From Kudoa neothunni (Eukaryota; Animalia; Cnidaria), in NCBI GenBank assembly GCA_964304625.1, contig OZ199839.1, positions 9,593,979-9,657,978 on the forward strand: a stretch of DNA of 64,000 nt. The letters are read 5' to 3'. Positions 1 to 14,200 of the stretch are shown here, in pieces; the first letter of the stretch is position 1, and each line of letters starts with the position of its first letter. The notes beneath the pieces were generated by a model. It saw only the letters and a list, made by a program, of their open reading frames with translations. It was not told the origin of the DNA and ran no database searches. A program made the translations under genes and the position numbers.

Positions 1-1128
1 TCATTACTCTTTGACCATGATTAATTTTCTGTGTTCCATTTATTTTTCAAACATTAGGCTGAATATTCAGCATATGGGGGATTACAGAATCAGCAGCAGT
101 CCACAATTTTATCTTGTAACGACTAGGTTTGCTTTTCATGTGTACTCGAAGAGGGTATCTATCTTAAAGCGAACAAGACGGTTTTTAAGTAATATTATTA
201 CCCGAGAATAATATTATATGTACTCTCAGTTAAAAATATAAAAAATTTAGTGACATGACAAAAATTTTAATTTTGTCTTTCCAAAACGTCAAAACCTCAT
301 GAATTTATTATCAAAATGAATTTTTGTACATATAGAACGGAATCTATTTCAATTTTATGTGGAGGGAAGAAGCGTTATTTAAAAAGTGAATTTGTATCCT
401 ATAAACGTCTGAGAGACAATATCCGACCATTATGTTAAATATTGTAATATTTATTGTTTATATACTATATAGTTTTGAATTCTTTGTTTAATTATATAAA
501 TTATTGATAAATAATTAATACTGGTTAGATAGATATAATTATAGTTTAAATAAAAGTCTATTTTTACGTCAATATGTCTTAAAGGTATTTTGATGAATCA
601 TTATTTGGAGACTAAAATATTATACATTTATAACTTATAAAAGTATTATATTGGATTTTTTCAGGTAAAAAAGAAAAATAAAAATGAAATTAGTTTAAAT
701 TAATTTAAAAAAAATATATAAAAATTGTAATCTGTTATTAGAAAAAGTTAGAAAATTTATCCACGGAAAGAAGACCGTAGGAAATACAGCTATTGAACCA
801 CGAAAAAATGAGAATAAAATTATTCAGATTATATTTCAATGAATAATAAATAAAGCGAACGGGATAAATAATCGAGAAAAAAATGAGTTAATTTTCTCAA
901 GATCGTGCTAAATCGTTACTTATGTCCCACCAGTATTATTTATTTTATTATCAGAAATATAAAATATAAAGTAGCGCTGGCAGTTGAATATTAATAATTT
1001 TTCTGTTCTCAATTATTAGAAAAGATGTTTTAAAAATCGCGAGGTTAAAATCACCTGATGCTCCTTTAAATCTTAAGATTTTATCTAGCTTTTAAATATA
1101 TGCGATATATTAAATTTACATTTTATAG

Positions 1129-4100
1129 AGTATCAACTGAGAGAGTTCAAAGTCGTATCAATTATCGGTAATGAGATTTTATTCGAGGTTGGTTTCAACA
1201 CACCAAAACTCCAAAATTATTGTCGTTACCGTTATAAGCTTCCCTCACCAAGTAACATTAAAAACTTTAATCTAATGGAGTGCACGTGTGCTGAAGATAT
1301 CCCTGAAATTGTTATCAACTGTTATGGGGATGATCTCAAGGTGTATGATGATGGGGACGAGTTTTACTACTACGTTGAGTATGAAAGCAAGTATTGTATT
1401 GATTGTATCAGTAGGGTTGCTATCCCTAAAATGTCACGTATATTAACAAATTCGAATTTTCAACTATCGATTCAAATATAAATAAACTTTTATAGGCATA
1501 ACATCAAACGTTCCGTCCAAATATTTGTTACTGAATCATACCACCCAACACACATTATACGAATATGACACCATCTACAGAGTGTACAATTTTCAAAATC
1601 TTTTTACGAAGGAAAAAATAATAGATACCGTTGCAATAAGTGAGATTAGCATTGATGGTGATGGAAATGTTCTCTTAGCCACTCCAACAAGACGAATTAT
1701 CCAGTTGAGATCATCCTACGACTCATCATTGAGCATAACCCATGACCACACGGCTGTTTCACCTCATCTATATATATTAAGTATTCGAAAACACTTAATA
1801 TATAAAAAATTCAATGTGTTTTAGGGAATCATAAATTGAGGATTATTAGTTATCGAGCAAACTTGGTTGGAAAAGAAATATTATTTGAAGCTTTATTGAA
1901 TATGAAAATTGGAGGTAGATTTGATGAAATGTTTCCACTTGTGACCAAATGCGATACTGTGGAATCGCAAGTAAACCCAAACCAATCAGAATATAAAATA
2001 AATGTGGTATGCGAACATTTTATCTGTAAAGCAGCATACACCTCCCAAACAATTCACGTCAACAGCCACTGTAGTTTAAATTTTTCAATATTTGACTCAG
2101 AGATTTCCCTTAAAAGAGGTAGTTGGTTTTTTTCTGTGGAATAGTTTTTGCCAATTGTATTTAGAAAAAACCACTGCACACATTACGTACTATCAGGAGA
2201 GTGCTTCATCAATGAAACTGACCTTTGGAATCGACAGTGACTTGCCTAATATTTATTTAACAACCTTGATGTTTGATCATGATAAACAATCATGTGAAAA
2301 TGTAGCCACACGTTTGATAACTGCGAGAACAGATTGTGTATAACAAAAATCAACATTTCATATCAATGTAAGAAACCCTCTTTAATGAAAATCAGCTCAG
2401 ATTCATTTGAAATTCACAATAAAAAGTTTAATTGTAATACCTGATTGTGAAATTAATATTTTTGTCTATAATTTTACATAGTTGATTATGGATTATCCCC
2501 CAAATTTTACCGCTATTCTATGAAGCAGGCAAATAGACGAGGAGACAGTGATGACTTTGTTAAGATATTTGTTGAAAGGAATCATTACTCGATCATTACA
2601 TTTGATTTCATTCTCCACGAAAACGTTGAAAATATGAACGAAGCTCAAATAGAAAACCAAAAAAATCAAGTCAATTTCAATGATTGTCAGCAAGAGATGT
2701 GCTCGATGTCATTCTTTAACAGTGAAACTTTCACAACTACGAGTTTATATTATTTTGTTGGGTACACAAATAAAGTTATAAAGTCTGGAATAAAACCAAG
2801 TAAAAGGTTATTTTCGTTTCGGGTCCATAAATATTCATAGGACAATATGATTTCGAACTGAAAATAAAACAGGAAACAGATTCAATAAAGTTGCACCTAA
2901 TGCTTCCTTCGGTTGTTAGAGATCTTAAATTTGATGAAATCAAGTTTAATACAAAACCAACTGATCTCATAATATCTCAAAACTCGATGTTATGTGATAT
3001 GGATTACTGCGTGTTTAGAATTGGATATAAAGATTTAAACTTTCGCGGATTTTTGGAGATTGAGTCAAATTTACTAAAAAGCACTCGTATATTCGTTCAG
3101 CCAAGTATTATTTTATAATGTGTCAGTTGTTTAATTTGATAAAGTAAACCAAAAGTCATTCGGTTACCTCTCCACCTCGTACACAACGAACACTATGAGA
3201 TGCTTGATTTGGAGTATCTATCTTATGGACTCAATTGAAGTATCCTGGAATGTGAAAGACGATAATGGAAACATCAAAAGATCAGGACAAAATAGTATCA
3301 CTTGTGAAATTAATGAGTGTTGGTTCGAAATTCAAGATATTTCAAAAATATATGGCTATTATTTGGAGATAAGTTCGGCATCCCTTTTCAACACTATCCG
3401 AACTAGAATATTTCATAGTGAGATCACACCTACAGTCCATTCAACTAACGTTTTATAGAGCATATCACGGCAAATATTAGTCTCAAAGAAATAAATGGAC
3501 ACAATGTCATCGAATATAGTGTTGATAGAGAAATGGATTGGCTGGTGGTGAGAGGATGCCTTAAAAAATTCCCAAACTTACAGGAGTGTGAAATGATCTA
3601 TACCGAATTGGCTTGTGTTGCCAGGATATGCAATCTTTCGTTGGAAAACCGTATTGAAGAGGATCAAGATTACTTGTTCAAATCGACATCCACATCCATT
3701 CAAATAAGTCAACAAATAGCAATACAAAAAAGTACGATATTTGCTATATTAACAATTTGGATGGATTGATTTTTGCCCTTTAGAGAGAACTGCTTACACG
3801 GCTGATTATTACTGGAATGGTGGAAATCTTGTTATTGAAATCTCCGTGACTTTACCTTTAAAAAAACTTAATCTCTATTGGTTGCTCTATGAGAGTGGAA
3901 GAAAGTTCAGCGATTTGGATTTGGACTTTAATTTCAATGTTGTTAATTGCGTTCTTCAAAGATGTCAATTTTCCATCCCAAATGTGGATAAAAATACAAG
4001 CTTTCATCTCATTCTCAAATCCGCAAGTTTATTAGGAAATAACCATCACCACATTGAATGTATCTTAGTTATTTAGTTTATAATAGGGAATTAGTTTTAA

Positions 4101-7100
4101 TATTCTAAAATGACTTAGTTTAATGGCAGGGGTTATTAGTATTATAAATTTTAATTTCAAAAAATTTTTACTCACAAGCTGTATACAACTTAAATTTGTT
4201 AGAATGGTACATTTAATTATTTCTGGTCCCTGGATCGCGTTTTGGGGTCACAAACAACTAAATGTAGTCAAAACTAGTGATATCTTAATATCATTTACCG
4301 TGCCAATAGTCACTTTCTACTTGATTAATTTAACTGGAGCTATCCAGATTATTCAGAAATGGTAAGTATATCTCATATTAACTTTAAATGTGAAACATTT
4401 CTAATGGTTTGTTAAGAACTAGTCTCTTATTTAATACACACTATAATTTTTCGTTGAGGTGGAATTTACTTAGTAAGTGTGTAGTATGGAGGCCCCAAAA
4501 TCTCAACATGATCTCCCGTGTTTTTCTTGTTATTTTTGTACATACAAATATAGTAAAGAACGTTTCTGGACCAGTTTCAAATATTTTCCCCTAAATTTCA
4601 ATATTATCCATGAAATATCTCAGTCATTAATTAAGCTGACATGTTTTTCGCCAGAATTAAAGTCAATATTTAAAAAAACAGATTGATGTTATAATATAGG
4701 AGACATTTCACTTTCATTAGATGCAACTATTTTTTACATTTGAGTTGGAATACTTTGTAGAGATCAAATGTGAAAATAATTAAAATGAGTTATTAAAACA
4801 AATATTTACGAGAAATTTTACTTTGATGTTTAGAACATTATTTTTGTTAAATAATTCTATATAATGTTGGGAGCTATTTTTGTAATTATTAAAAGTTGTA
4901 AACTTTTGATATACATTCTAAATAAAATTTTAATCTGTAATAAATAATTATTTTTAGTATATATATTATTTTATTTTGAAAAATATACAATAAAAAGTTG
5001 GGGTTGATATAATATTAAGGTAAAAATCGTGTTAGAAATTATTAGCCCCTAAAAGATTCATTTTTATTGATTAAATTTAAAAATAGACAAATTAATGTGA
5101 CTTGGAGGTTAAAAGCGTGAGATATAATCTATAAATTAAAATACATAAATATAATTAGCATTTTTACGTACGCTTATTGAAATCTGTTTAGATAAAAGTA
5201 CAAGCCCTACCCACAAAATCAGCGGAGAAAGTAATATATACTAAAATACTATATATATATATATTGATTAATTATAGTTTCTGAGTATTGGAGAAAAGTA
5301 TTGAAAAATAACCGAAAAAACAATGACCAACCCATAGATGACATAGACTTGAATATAGTCAGTTGAACAATTATCAAGTTGATACTTAATAATTTTTTGT
5401 AGACGTTACGAGAATTTGTACACGAATGGACTAATACTATGTATGAAGAACACCCAACCAACAGTAGATTACAAAAAATACAGTTTTGTATGATTTTATA
5501 ATGCACATTATAGTTACTACACCAACTGCATCTGCATCCGATGTGCGAGACAATCCACAACAATATAACGAATCTCAGTAAACTCCCATGTATTGTTGTT
5601 CAAAACCATAATAATGATAATATTTCAGACATTTTTTGAGAAATGTGAATGCCTTGGACGAAAAAATTCTTACTGTGGAAGGGGCAGACGGAATATCAAC
5701 GGATAAAATTCTTATCAAATCTTTTGAGTTGAAGGAAGATTCAAACAAATTTTTTTACAGTGCCAAACTACCTGCAGAAAATGTATCAGAAGAGCAGCCA
5801 GCAACGATGAATATCCATGTAGAATATGACAATCAGTCTCTGCCTTCAGGTCAAACTGTAGATAAGGTGTGCGTTGCCGTCATTAAAGCCAAAGAAAAAT
5901 TGAAAACTGAAGATACTAAAATTCCCGGGGATATTCTTGTGCTAAAATTGAATAACGGGAACAATCAACGTTTAAATGTCACTTTCAGTCAAGTTATCAA
6001 TTTCGAGACTGTCAATCACAACCCCACATGTGCTACTCTGAATGGTATGTTGAATTTGATTTTCTGGATAGGAAATTCATCTATTATGAATTCTATGTGA
6101 ATTAGGGGAAACTTTGTTGTGGGAATTAAAATACTGCGTCCTATTCAGTAAAGTTCATATGGAAAACAATATTTACAACTACACTTGCACATGTAACCAT
6201 ACTACGAGTTATGCGGTTCTCTTCAATTTGGTTGACAATTCCTCACACAAAAACAATCTCTATCAGACAGAAATATCAATAGCGCTGTGCACATTGTCGA
6301 CGTTTGCGTTAATTCTAACCATTTTTTGTATTGCCACATCAAAGTGAATTGAACTTTTAAAAACATTCAATATAAGTTCTATTTATTTGTTTATAGATTG
6401 AAGAATAAAATAAAAGGAAAAGCTCAAATATTCATGTGTGTGGGAATTTTCATTTTTCAGATATCGTTTATACTGGCGAATATATATAAGAAAGAATATT
6501 CAGGCTGTTATCAAACTGCGGTGTTAATTCATTACGGTTTAATGCTAAAATATTCGTGCTTGTTTGTAAACTCGTTTGTTTTGTTTCATAATATCGTGTT
6601 CAGTCTGAGGAAATTATCCGCCAAGTTTTTTGACATATTAGCGACTATGGCTATTCGTAATTATTTATTATTTTTATCACAATTATAATTACCTATCTGA
6701 GCATAGTTTTGCCATTTGGCGTGGTTTTAATTTGTGCTTTTTTTTTCAAAAGCAATTACATCAAAGATGACGAGTAATCAATTTCGATAGACAATGATTC
6801 AAATCAACTATACTATTGCTTTAGTTGCGTTCCATTTGGAGTGATGAAAATCCTCACCGCAACTATACCTGGTGCCATCATTCTACTATTCAATTGTATG
6901 GTGTTGATTTGGGTGATGATGAAAATACTTCGGTCACAAAGGATACAGCTGAGAGATACCTCCAACACTACAAAATCCAAACAACTTCTTATATTAACTA
7001 TTATTCTTGGTTTGCCGCTCCTCCTTCAATATATCATGTCGGTTGTCTCAAGCGAAGCATTAGAATTGATATTTATTGTGTTGAACGTCTCACAAGGAGT

Positions 7101-7266
7101 ATTTTTGTTTTTGGTGCTTGTAGCAAATAATAACAAGATGAGAATACATCTTTCCTCCTACCTAGGATTACATTCCTCTAATACTAGCAACAGATCTAAA
7201 GATGCTTACAAAGTGACAAAAGATGGCACACCAAACACTAGTAAAATAGATCCGCGTAGACTTTAA
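1129..7266 (+). CDS. Adhesion-class GPCR (multi-exon): nine ~90-105 aa Cys-containing ectodomain modules, GAIN/GPS domain and secretin-family 7TM; 5' end not resolved
   Basis: GPS motif NPTCATLN..LWELKYC..YTCTCNHTTSYAVLF (ORFs 5636 and 6114). Seven hydrophobic helices follow, including GCYQTAVLIHY (TM3) and FIVLNVSQGVFLFL (TM7, 7tm_2 signature). Stop at 7264-7266. Upstream exons (1129-1437, 1496-1780, 1825-2118, 2165-2425, 2482-~2799, ~2840-3103, ~3144-3417, ~3459-3731, 3784-4059) are joined by phase-1 GT-AG introns. Phases stay compatible through small exons at ~5193, ~5278, ~5403 and ~5514 into the GAIN exon. Exon 4 carries an apparent homopolymer frameshift (see findings). Confidence 0.82.
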
Positions 7267-7528
7267 CTACGTTGTTTTCCCTTCATATAATTTTTTTTCG
7301 ATTACTTTATAAAGATTATCACTTTTTTTTATATATAATATCAAAATAGTTCTAATGGTCAATTAGTTCGTTTGGAAGTATTACTAGTTGTGTAGCTAAC
7401 ACATTATCAATTATATCTATTTCTTGTAGCATTATTACCAGCATAATTCATGTAATTTAGACGTTTGATTATAAAAATGGATTAATTTCGTTCTTATTAT
7501 TTTAATAAATGTATTAATGTTTGGTTTA

Positions 7529-8950
7529 CCCTCCGAGCATCTTGGGGTCGTTTTCTATCCTCGTCCTGGTTTAATAAATTAACCCTCCCTCATAGCTTAC
7601 TTTAATTTTCGATATATCCCATCAATTCTTTTATAATAATCTATTGTTTTGGAAGGTGATATTAATTTTTCTTTAACCTTACAAGTCACATCAATATTTA
7701 CTCCCTCCTAGTATAATTGGGTTCCAAAAGACCCCACGTTTTTATTTGATAAAATATTTGATCGATTATATATTCAGTAATTTAATAAATGACATCATGT
7801 AATATTGTATGCGCATGTGAGAATGATAAAGAAATATTTTAACCACAGTGTATGTGTATGTATTACTTTTGAGATCACATATTTTCTATAAACATAACTA
7901 AAAATTCAGATCATTTAGCAAAATTAATTCTGTATTTAATTTGCGCTTAAAGTGATCAAAAACATAATCCTGTTATAGACATAGACCATTGCATAAAATA
8001 GGTAAAATAGATACGCTTGAAATGTTTATTAGGCCGGAAACAACGCGTAAAAAATCCACCTTAATATGCCGTAGTTCACCAACATGGCAACAGTTTCCGG
8101 ATTATTTTTTTACCTCAATATTTTCTATACTATCAAAATTTGAAACTCGCATTATTTGGAGAAATTTATTTAATGTGGATAAATCACGAAATGTCTTTCC
8201 TTCTTACTGTAACCCAACATCTCTTCAACCGATTCTCTATTATCCCTGTGAATAATTCCCATCAGAAATAAACAGCCAATGAACCCCTCCAATTCGATCC
8301 TTCTATAATCAAAAATTTTTCCATCGATGAACTGGACTTATTTCAAAATAATGGCGTACATAGTAGAATTGGATATTATTCTGAAAGTATCAATTATATT
8401 TTTTAATAAAAAAGGAGAAACACCAGGACAATTATTCATAATATTTGCGACATGTTCTAGACGCCAACTGTGGGTTCATTGACTGTAACATTCCGTTCTT
8501 GTTCACTAAGGAGTTAAATTGTATATTTGTACCAATAACAAATTTTTATGACGAAAAATAATCATGCAACGGAGAAAATGAATCTGGAGACTCGGTATCA
8601 GAGTAATTATTATCAAGATCACTTGAACACATCATTTAAATAAATTGTGGTGTATGCTCAATGTAGATTAAGATATGATATTCATGCAATAAAAATATTT
8701 TTACTCGATAGAATTTCCGTAAATTTATAAAAATGACATGTAGCGATATTTTAAATAATTTTATTTGGAAGATGTTTTTACATTAACTTTATTGATATAT
8801 GACAAAAAAATTTCAATTCATTTTTTCTGAAACCTTTAATAAAGATAAATGATTACAAAAACTGGAGAGGAGTTATGCCCCATTGATACGCTAAAATATT
8901 GTTGACAAAATTCACTTGGGATAGAAATCTACCTCATTTTGCTTAGAAGA
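7529..8950 (-). mobile_element. Degenerate, internally deleted piggyBac-like DNA transposon
   Basis: Imperfect terminal inverted repeats: TTTA|CCCTCCGAGCATCTTGGGGTCGTTTTCTATCC at 7525 versus TTAA|TCTTCTAAGCAAAATGAGGTAGATTTCTATCC read from the right end (TTAA at 8951-8954). A minus-strand fragment NKFLQIMRVSNFD resembles the piggyBac transposase motif SRNRF..I.RFL.FD. Confidence 0.6.
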
Positions 8951-9712
8951 TTAAATACGTAACAAAGAGCATTATGCAAAAATTGTTTTTATCCAATTTT
9001 GGCGTTGCTTAACTTACCTCTGGTTGACAACCCTGCCGTAGATCATTGTAGATTTATAGGTTCAGTTGCTTCATAAACCAATTGATACAAATTATTGAAG
9101 ATATAAATATTATTTTAGCTATATTCTCCTTTGAAAGACAATCGAAATGGTTAAAGCATATCAAGATGAAAGATGCCTCCATTTACCATGGGATAGGGAA
9201 AACTTGATCATTGATCTTCCTTTAATTGAGTCTAAAACTTCATTTTATTGATTGTTAAACCATAATCTGTAGGTATAATAATAAAAAGCTCAAAACATCT
9301 CCGGATTTCCATAACACACCATTCTACTTGAGAGCATCATCTAAAATCTTATCTATGAATAAATTAATATTTGAAATTTTTTTAAAATTAAAAATTAAGT
9401 TCAAAGATTTTATTTTTTGTATTTTTCACCTACGTCAACTTTATAGGTCTTGCGGCATTTTCTGTAGAACTATTAATATATTATTTATAATACTGCACTT
9501 CAATATTAGCCAAATATTTATTATTTAATTAAAAATATTTATTGATAGCATGTTTATTTGGGAATGTGGGTGACAAAACATAATTAACCAAGACACTTAA
9601 ATCGTTATGTCGACGTATGAGGGTATTGAATTAGAAACAAATTAATTGGCGTAAAATAACAGTATATTTTTGTAATTACCTTAAAATATTATCGTATGAA
9701 GGTGCCGATGTG

Positions 9713-9745
9713 AGAGAGGATGGAATTAATATTTATCCCATAAAA
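9713..9745 (+). promoter_or_regulatory. Conserved upstream element of RSK-like paralogue A
   Basis: GAGAGGAT-(AT-rich spacer)-TTTATCCCAT about 200 bp upstream of the ATG. The same arrangement lies upstream of paralogue B (20301-20335). Confidence 0.4.
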
Positions 9746-9934
9746 ATAATTAGAGCTTAATTGAGTGTGTACATTCAATATTATAATATTATTTTAATAT
9801 ATAAAGAAAATTCCTTGGAAAGAATTATTGAGCTTAAAAGAGCGTTTCGAGTAGATTTTCCTCTAAATTATAAACGTAAATACTTTTTAACAGAATAATA
9901 TTTTGTGAAATGAGACAATTATTTAGATTTCAAG

Positions 9935-12900
9935 ATGGATCCAGGAAGGGAAAAACAATTAATTTTCAATGAAAATATAGATAAACTCAACTCTATTATT
10001 AAATATTCAATTAAAGAGGCGAGATATTGGAATTCAGGAGAATTTTATGAATGTCTGCTCGTTACTGGTAAACCTAGAAATGTCCTCAACAACAAAATCA
10101 TTATTTCTTTGGATAAATACTCCATGACTAGTAACCACAGATTAATATCGACGTAATTTATTAGAAAAAATCATTTTAGTCGCCGATAGGATCAAAATTG
10201 TTAAAATTATTAACTTTTTCAGACCAATAGCTCATCCTTTTATTCCATCATTCGTCTGTGGTATTCTTCCAGATTAAATACGTACTATTTACATTAAACT
10301 TATGTAACTTAAAGCAACGCAAACCCATGAAGAACTATTTCTACTATCGAACACCTTACACCTGGTGACCTTTAACAAGATCTTGGAAGAAAATACATAT
10401 GGTCTTAGTGTTAAGTGCATGAAGTTTTATTTTGGTGAATTGGCCATTGCTATTCAACACATCCACAATGTGGGTGTTGTTATTGGGGAACTGTCTATCG
10501 AAAAGTTATCAAAATTACATCAATTTAAACTTTTTTAGTATATGCATAGATAGTAATGGTCACATAAAACTTATGGGTAATTTTTCCCTAAACTTATTAT
10601 TATTTTCTATCAGCGAGAATGCTTTTATCGTAATAATTTGTATAGATCTAAACACTACAAACAAACTTGGAAGAATATGTGATTTTGATTTCAATGATTT
10701 AAAAAATAAATTTATCTCTCCAGAAGTATTAATTAATAGCATCAGTTGGATTTAATATTTAATAGATAAGAAATAATCGACTTTATAATCATTCTGCTGA
10801 TTGGTGGTCTTTTGGAGCAATTATGGTACAACAATCTTTTCATCCAATTAAAAATAAGTTGTAGTATTACACAGCTACGCAACAAGATCGTCCAAGGAAG
10901 GAACCACATTTTCATGCATCAACACTAACTATAAAGTATTAAAATTCTTATTTAAATAAATATGCATACACATAAAGCGGAGAATTGATTTCCAATATGC
11001 CAGAAGATTCCCCCGACAAAATTTTCGAATCTCTAATGAATGAACAACCATTATTGAGACTTTGCAGTAATTCAGGAATGGATGAGTTAAAATCGCACCC
11101 CTATTTTCAAGACCTAAACTTTGAGGTAATTAATGTTATTTTCACTTTTTAGTTATTCATATTTTTAGAAGTTGGCGTTAAAATCGATTCAGGCTCCAAA
11201 CAGATACAAAACTAAAATGTCCTTCAGCTATAATAATAAAATAGAACCAAGTTAAATTTTAATTGAGGAGATGGTTAACCATTCAATAAATAGATAACTT
11301 GACTGATGAGAAAGCTATATTGAGTCCAATACACTTTAACGATTTATACTTTGTGTCTCCTTCATTGAGAACTGGCAGTTTCTTTAAGAATATGCCTGAG
11401 GACTCAGAGCCCCCAAAAGTAACCTTTTTATGTGTAAACATGTTTATTAAATTTGACTAGAATTATTTGAATTTTATGGATTGTATCATCAAAGAGCCCG
11501 TAAAAAAATATTTCAAAGTTATCAAGGTAATATTAGTAATAATTCAATTTTTTGTATGATTATTTAATAAATAAATTCAGACCTTATATTAACTAAATAA
11601 TATTTTGTATTGACTAAAATAATAATTTTTCTCCTATTTGAATTTCCTAATATATATTAAAGGATTTTCGTGAATTTACAGTTTTTTATTTTTTGAATAT
11701 GAATATTTTGAAAATATTTAATCGGTTATGTGAACTTATATATTTAATTGTACAATTTTTTTGAAGAGAATGCACAGTGGATCATTTTCAGAACTCTATA
11801 AAGTTCAATCGACCCATCAAAAAGACAAAATTTATATGATGAAAAAGATTGATAAAACAAACTACAACGTTAGAGAAGAATTGAAAGTAAAAATTAATGA
11901 TGTTGTTAGTATTAGAATGTATTTAGTTGTTATTCAATAATCAAGACAGCAAAAAAAATTATTCGTTTGGTTGAAGTAATTTTTCTCAAACGTTATATTT
12001 TGCATCGAAATATACATTAGGTTTTCGAAGACCATAATAGTTTTTACGTAATTACTGAATATTTCCAAATGAATTTATTCAGTTTCATCCATACATACTG
12101 CATCGACGAATTTTATTCATTAACCCTCGCTAGAGAGTTGTTTTCCGGTCTACACTTTCTTCATAAGAATGGAATCGCTCATAGAAACCTCAAACCAACA
12201 ACAATTTTTATAAAAACAAAAGCTAATAAAGTTTACATGGTTATTGGCGGTTTTGACCATGCCAGGCAAGTTTTCTCCGATGAACACATTACAACTCACA
12301 CCAATAACATCAATAAATATTTCCTGACTAACGTAATTACCAACTTATTTAAAAAATGTGAGCGAAATCTACTTAATTTAAATATAGGACGATAACCTGA
12401 TGGACGAGGACCAATCATATGACTATTGGTGCGTTGGGTCGTTAATATACTTTATGATCACATTGTATTGCTGATGCTAGTTATAGCCAAACTTTAATTG
12501 TTGTCAATTGTTTTAGCGCGTTGCCGTTAAAGATATCTGAAATCGATACCGATGAAAGTATTATACAAAAAATTAAAGAATATGCCCACCAAGATTTTCC
12601 TGATTCGTTATTGATTTCACCTGAAACTAAGGTATTTCTAGCTAAGTCATCGTTGGATTTTATTCTTTAATCAAAAGTCATTGATTCGTGGGTTATGCAG
12701 CATGAACCGTACAGGTGAAAAAATTAGTTATGACAAAGTATACGATAAATATATTATTTGAATCGTTGGTATTTATTATAATAGCTAAATCAACGTGTAA
12801 ATGAGAACAATCGCGAAGAGTTCCCGAAAGCTACGTATCTATTACCTCCTGACCACAGATTTGTTGACAGGGATGAGCTCCAAAAATTATACAATGCTTG

Positions 12901-12961
12901 GAGAAACTATTACGCTTACACCAACTCAAATCAAACTGAGGAGAGTGGTTTAATATTTTAA
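9935..12961 (+). CDS. p90 RSK-like double-kinase-domain protein, predicted pseudokinase in both domains (paralogue A, multi-exon)
   Basis: Spliced N-terminal domain: HPFIPSFVCATQTHEELFL..KFYFGELAIAIQHIHNVGVVIGELSIEN ICIDSNGHIKLMDLN..SPE..SADWWSFGAIM..ELKSHPYF. C-terminal domain: HSGSFSELYKV..MMKKIDKTNYNVREEL..LHFLHKNGIAHRNLKPTTIF..GGFD..DYWCVGSLIY. This is colinear with the RSK N- and C-terminal kinase domains. The last exon boundary is slightly uncertain. Confidence 0.8.
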
Positions 12962-13230
12962 TTATATTTCGTATATTATCTTATTAATTTCTAGCTAATT
13001 TCGTTACATTTATTATATTATTTTCGACATGTTACATGACATTTTTTTAATTAGAAGAACTTTTATGATAAATCATTTATTTGTAAGTTTAATATTAAAA
13101 TTCAAATTTTCATGCTAACAATATTGAGTTTTTTTAAATATCTATTACTTATGTAATTATTGTATTGAAAACATAAAAATCTTGCTTGAAGATTTTAATC
13201 TACTATATATATATATCAATAAGTTTTTAT

Positions 13231-14200
13231 CAGGGATGGAAAATTCGTGAGTTTGATTCATTTTCGTTCACACGAACGAAATCACAATTTTAAATATTTC
13301 GACCGAACGGGTCTTCGCTCTGAGGGAATCTAAATATATCCTAAATATATCGGTCGTTAAATAACATGTTGGTTTTTAGAGACAATAATTGGATATTAAC
13401 GAATAATATCCGTGTTAAATTTCAAAAATAAATTGTATTTAAATTAAAGCTTATATTTATTGGCTGAATATCGATTTAAATAGACTCAATAGCTATGTCG
13501 GCGATTATGCTTGAGAAATGTGGTTAATGATATTTCTTTAACTATCCCTGACGCATTCGGATGATTGCTAGATCATGGCTGGAGGATAATAACGTTTTTT
13601 CAATCTTGATCTAAGCGATTTTTTTGATTATTTTATCGCAATCATAGCATATTATTTTATCATTTCCGCCGTATATTTTCTAACGCGGGTTTAAGAAAAC
13701 TGCATGAGAGAGTTTCCACAACCAATGACTTAGGTGGTTACAGAAATTTTATAATATCAAAGTTGACTAAAGAGGCGAAAAAACAATTTTTTAATTGTTA
13801 AAAAGATCGATTGTAGTGTGAAATTAAAAATAATCAATAATTATCTCATATTGCACATAATTATTAGTTAGATTTATTAACTTTATTGTTGGAATAGACT
13901 GACCATTTCGACAAGGTCAATGAGTTCTCATTCGTAAACGATCTCTTTTGCGGATTTTTTCGCTATCGGAGAAAACCCTCTCGGAGCTCAAGTTGCCGGT
14001 AGGTCTCGAAAAAATAGTTGTTACCAACTTTCTTAGATTTCGATATTTAGATTCTTCCAACAATCCAGAGCGTGGATGATAAGTTCGTGTTCGCTTGGAA
14101 GACTCCACATTTGTCCAAAGTATTAATGAACGACCGAAATTGTCATCCCTTGTTCTTATGTCTCTCAGTATGTGTGAGTTTTCAGCAGTACGCATGTAAC
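13231..14200 (-). mobile_element. hAT-superfamily transposon remnant
   Basis: ORF 13917-14195(-) contains YRNLRKLVTTIFSRPTGNLSSERVFS, matching the hAT C-terminal dimerisation motif. An Ac-like terminus CAGGGATGGAAA lies at 13231. The true extent is unclear. Confidence 0.55.

Noticed and set aside
4123-4686. Short ORFs between the GPCR ectodomain and GAIN exons
   Set aside because: They lack the module pattern and compatible splice phases, so they are interpreted as intron sequence.
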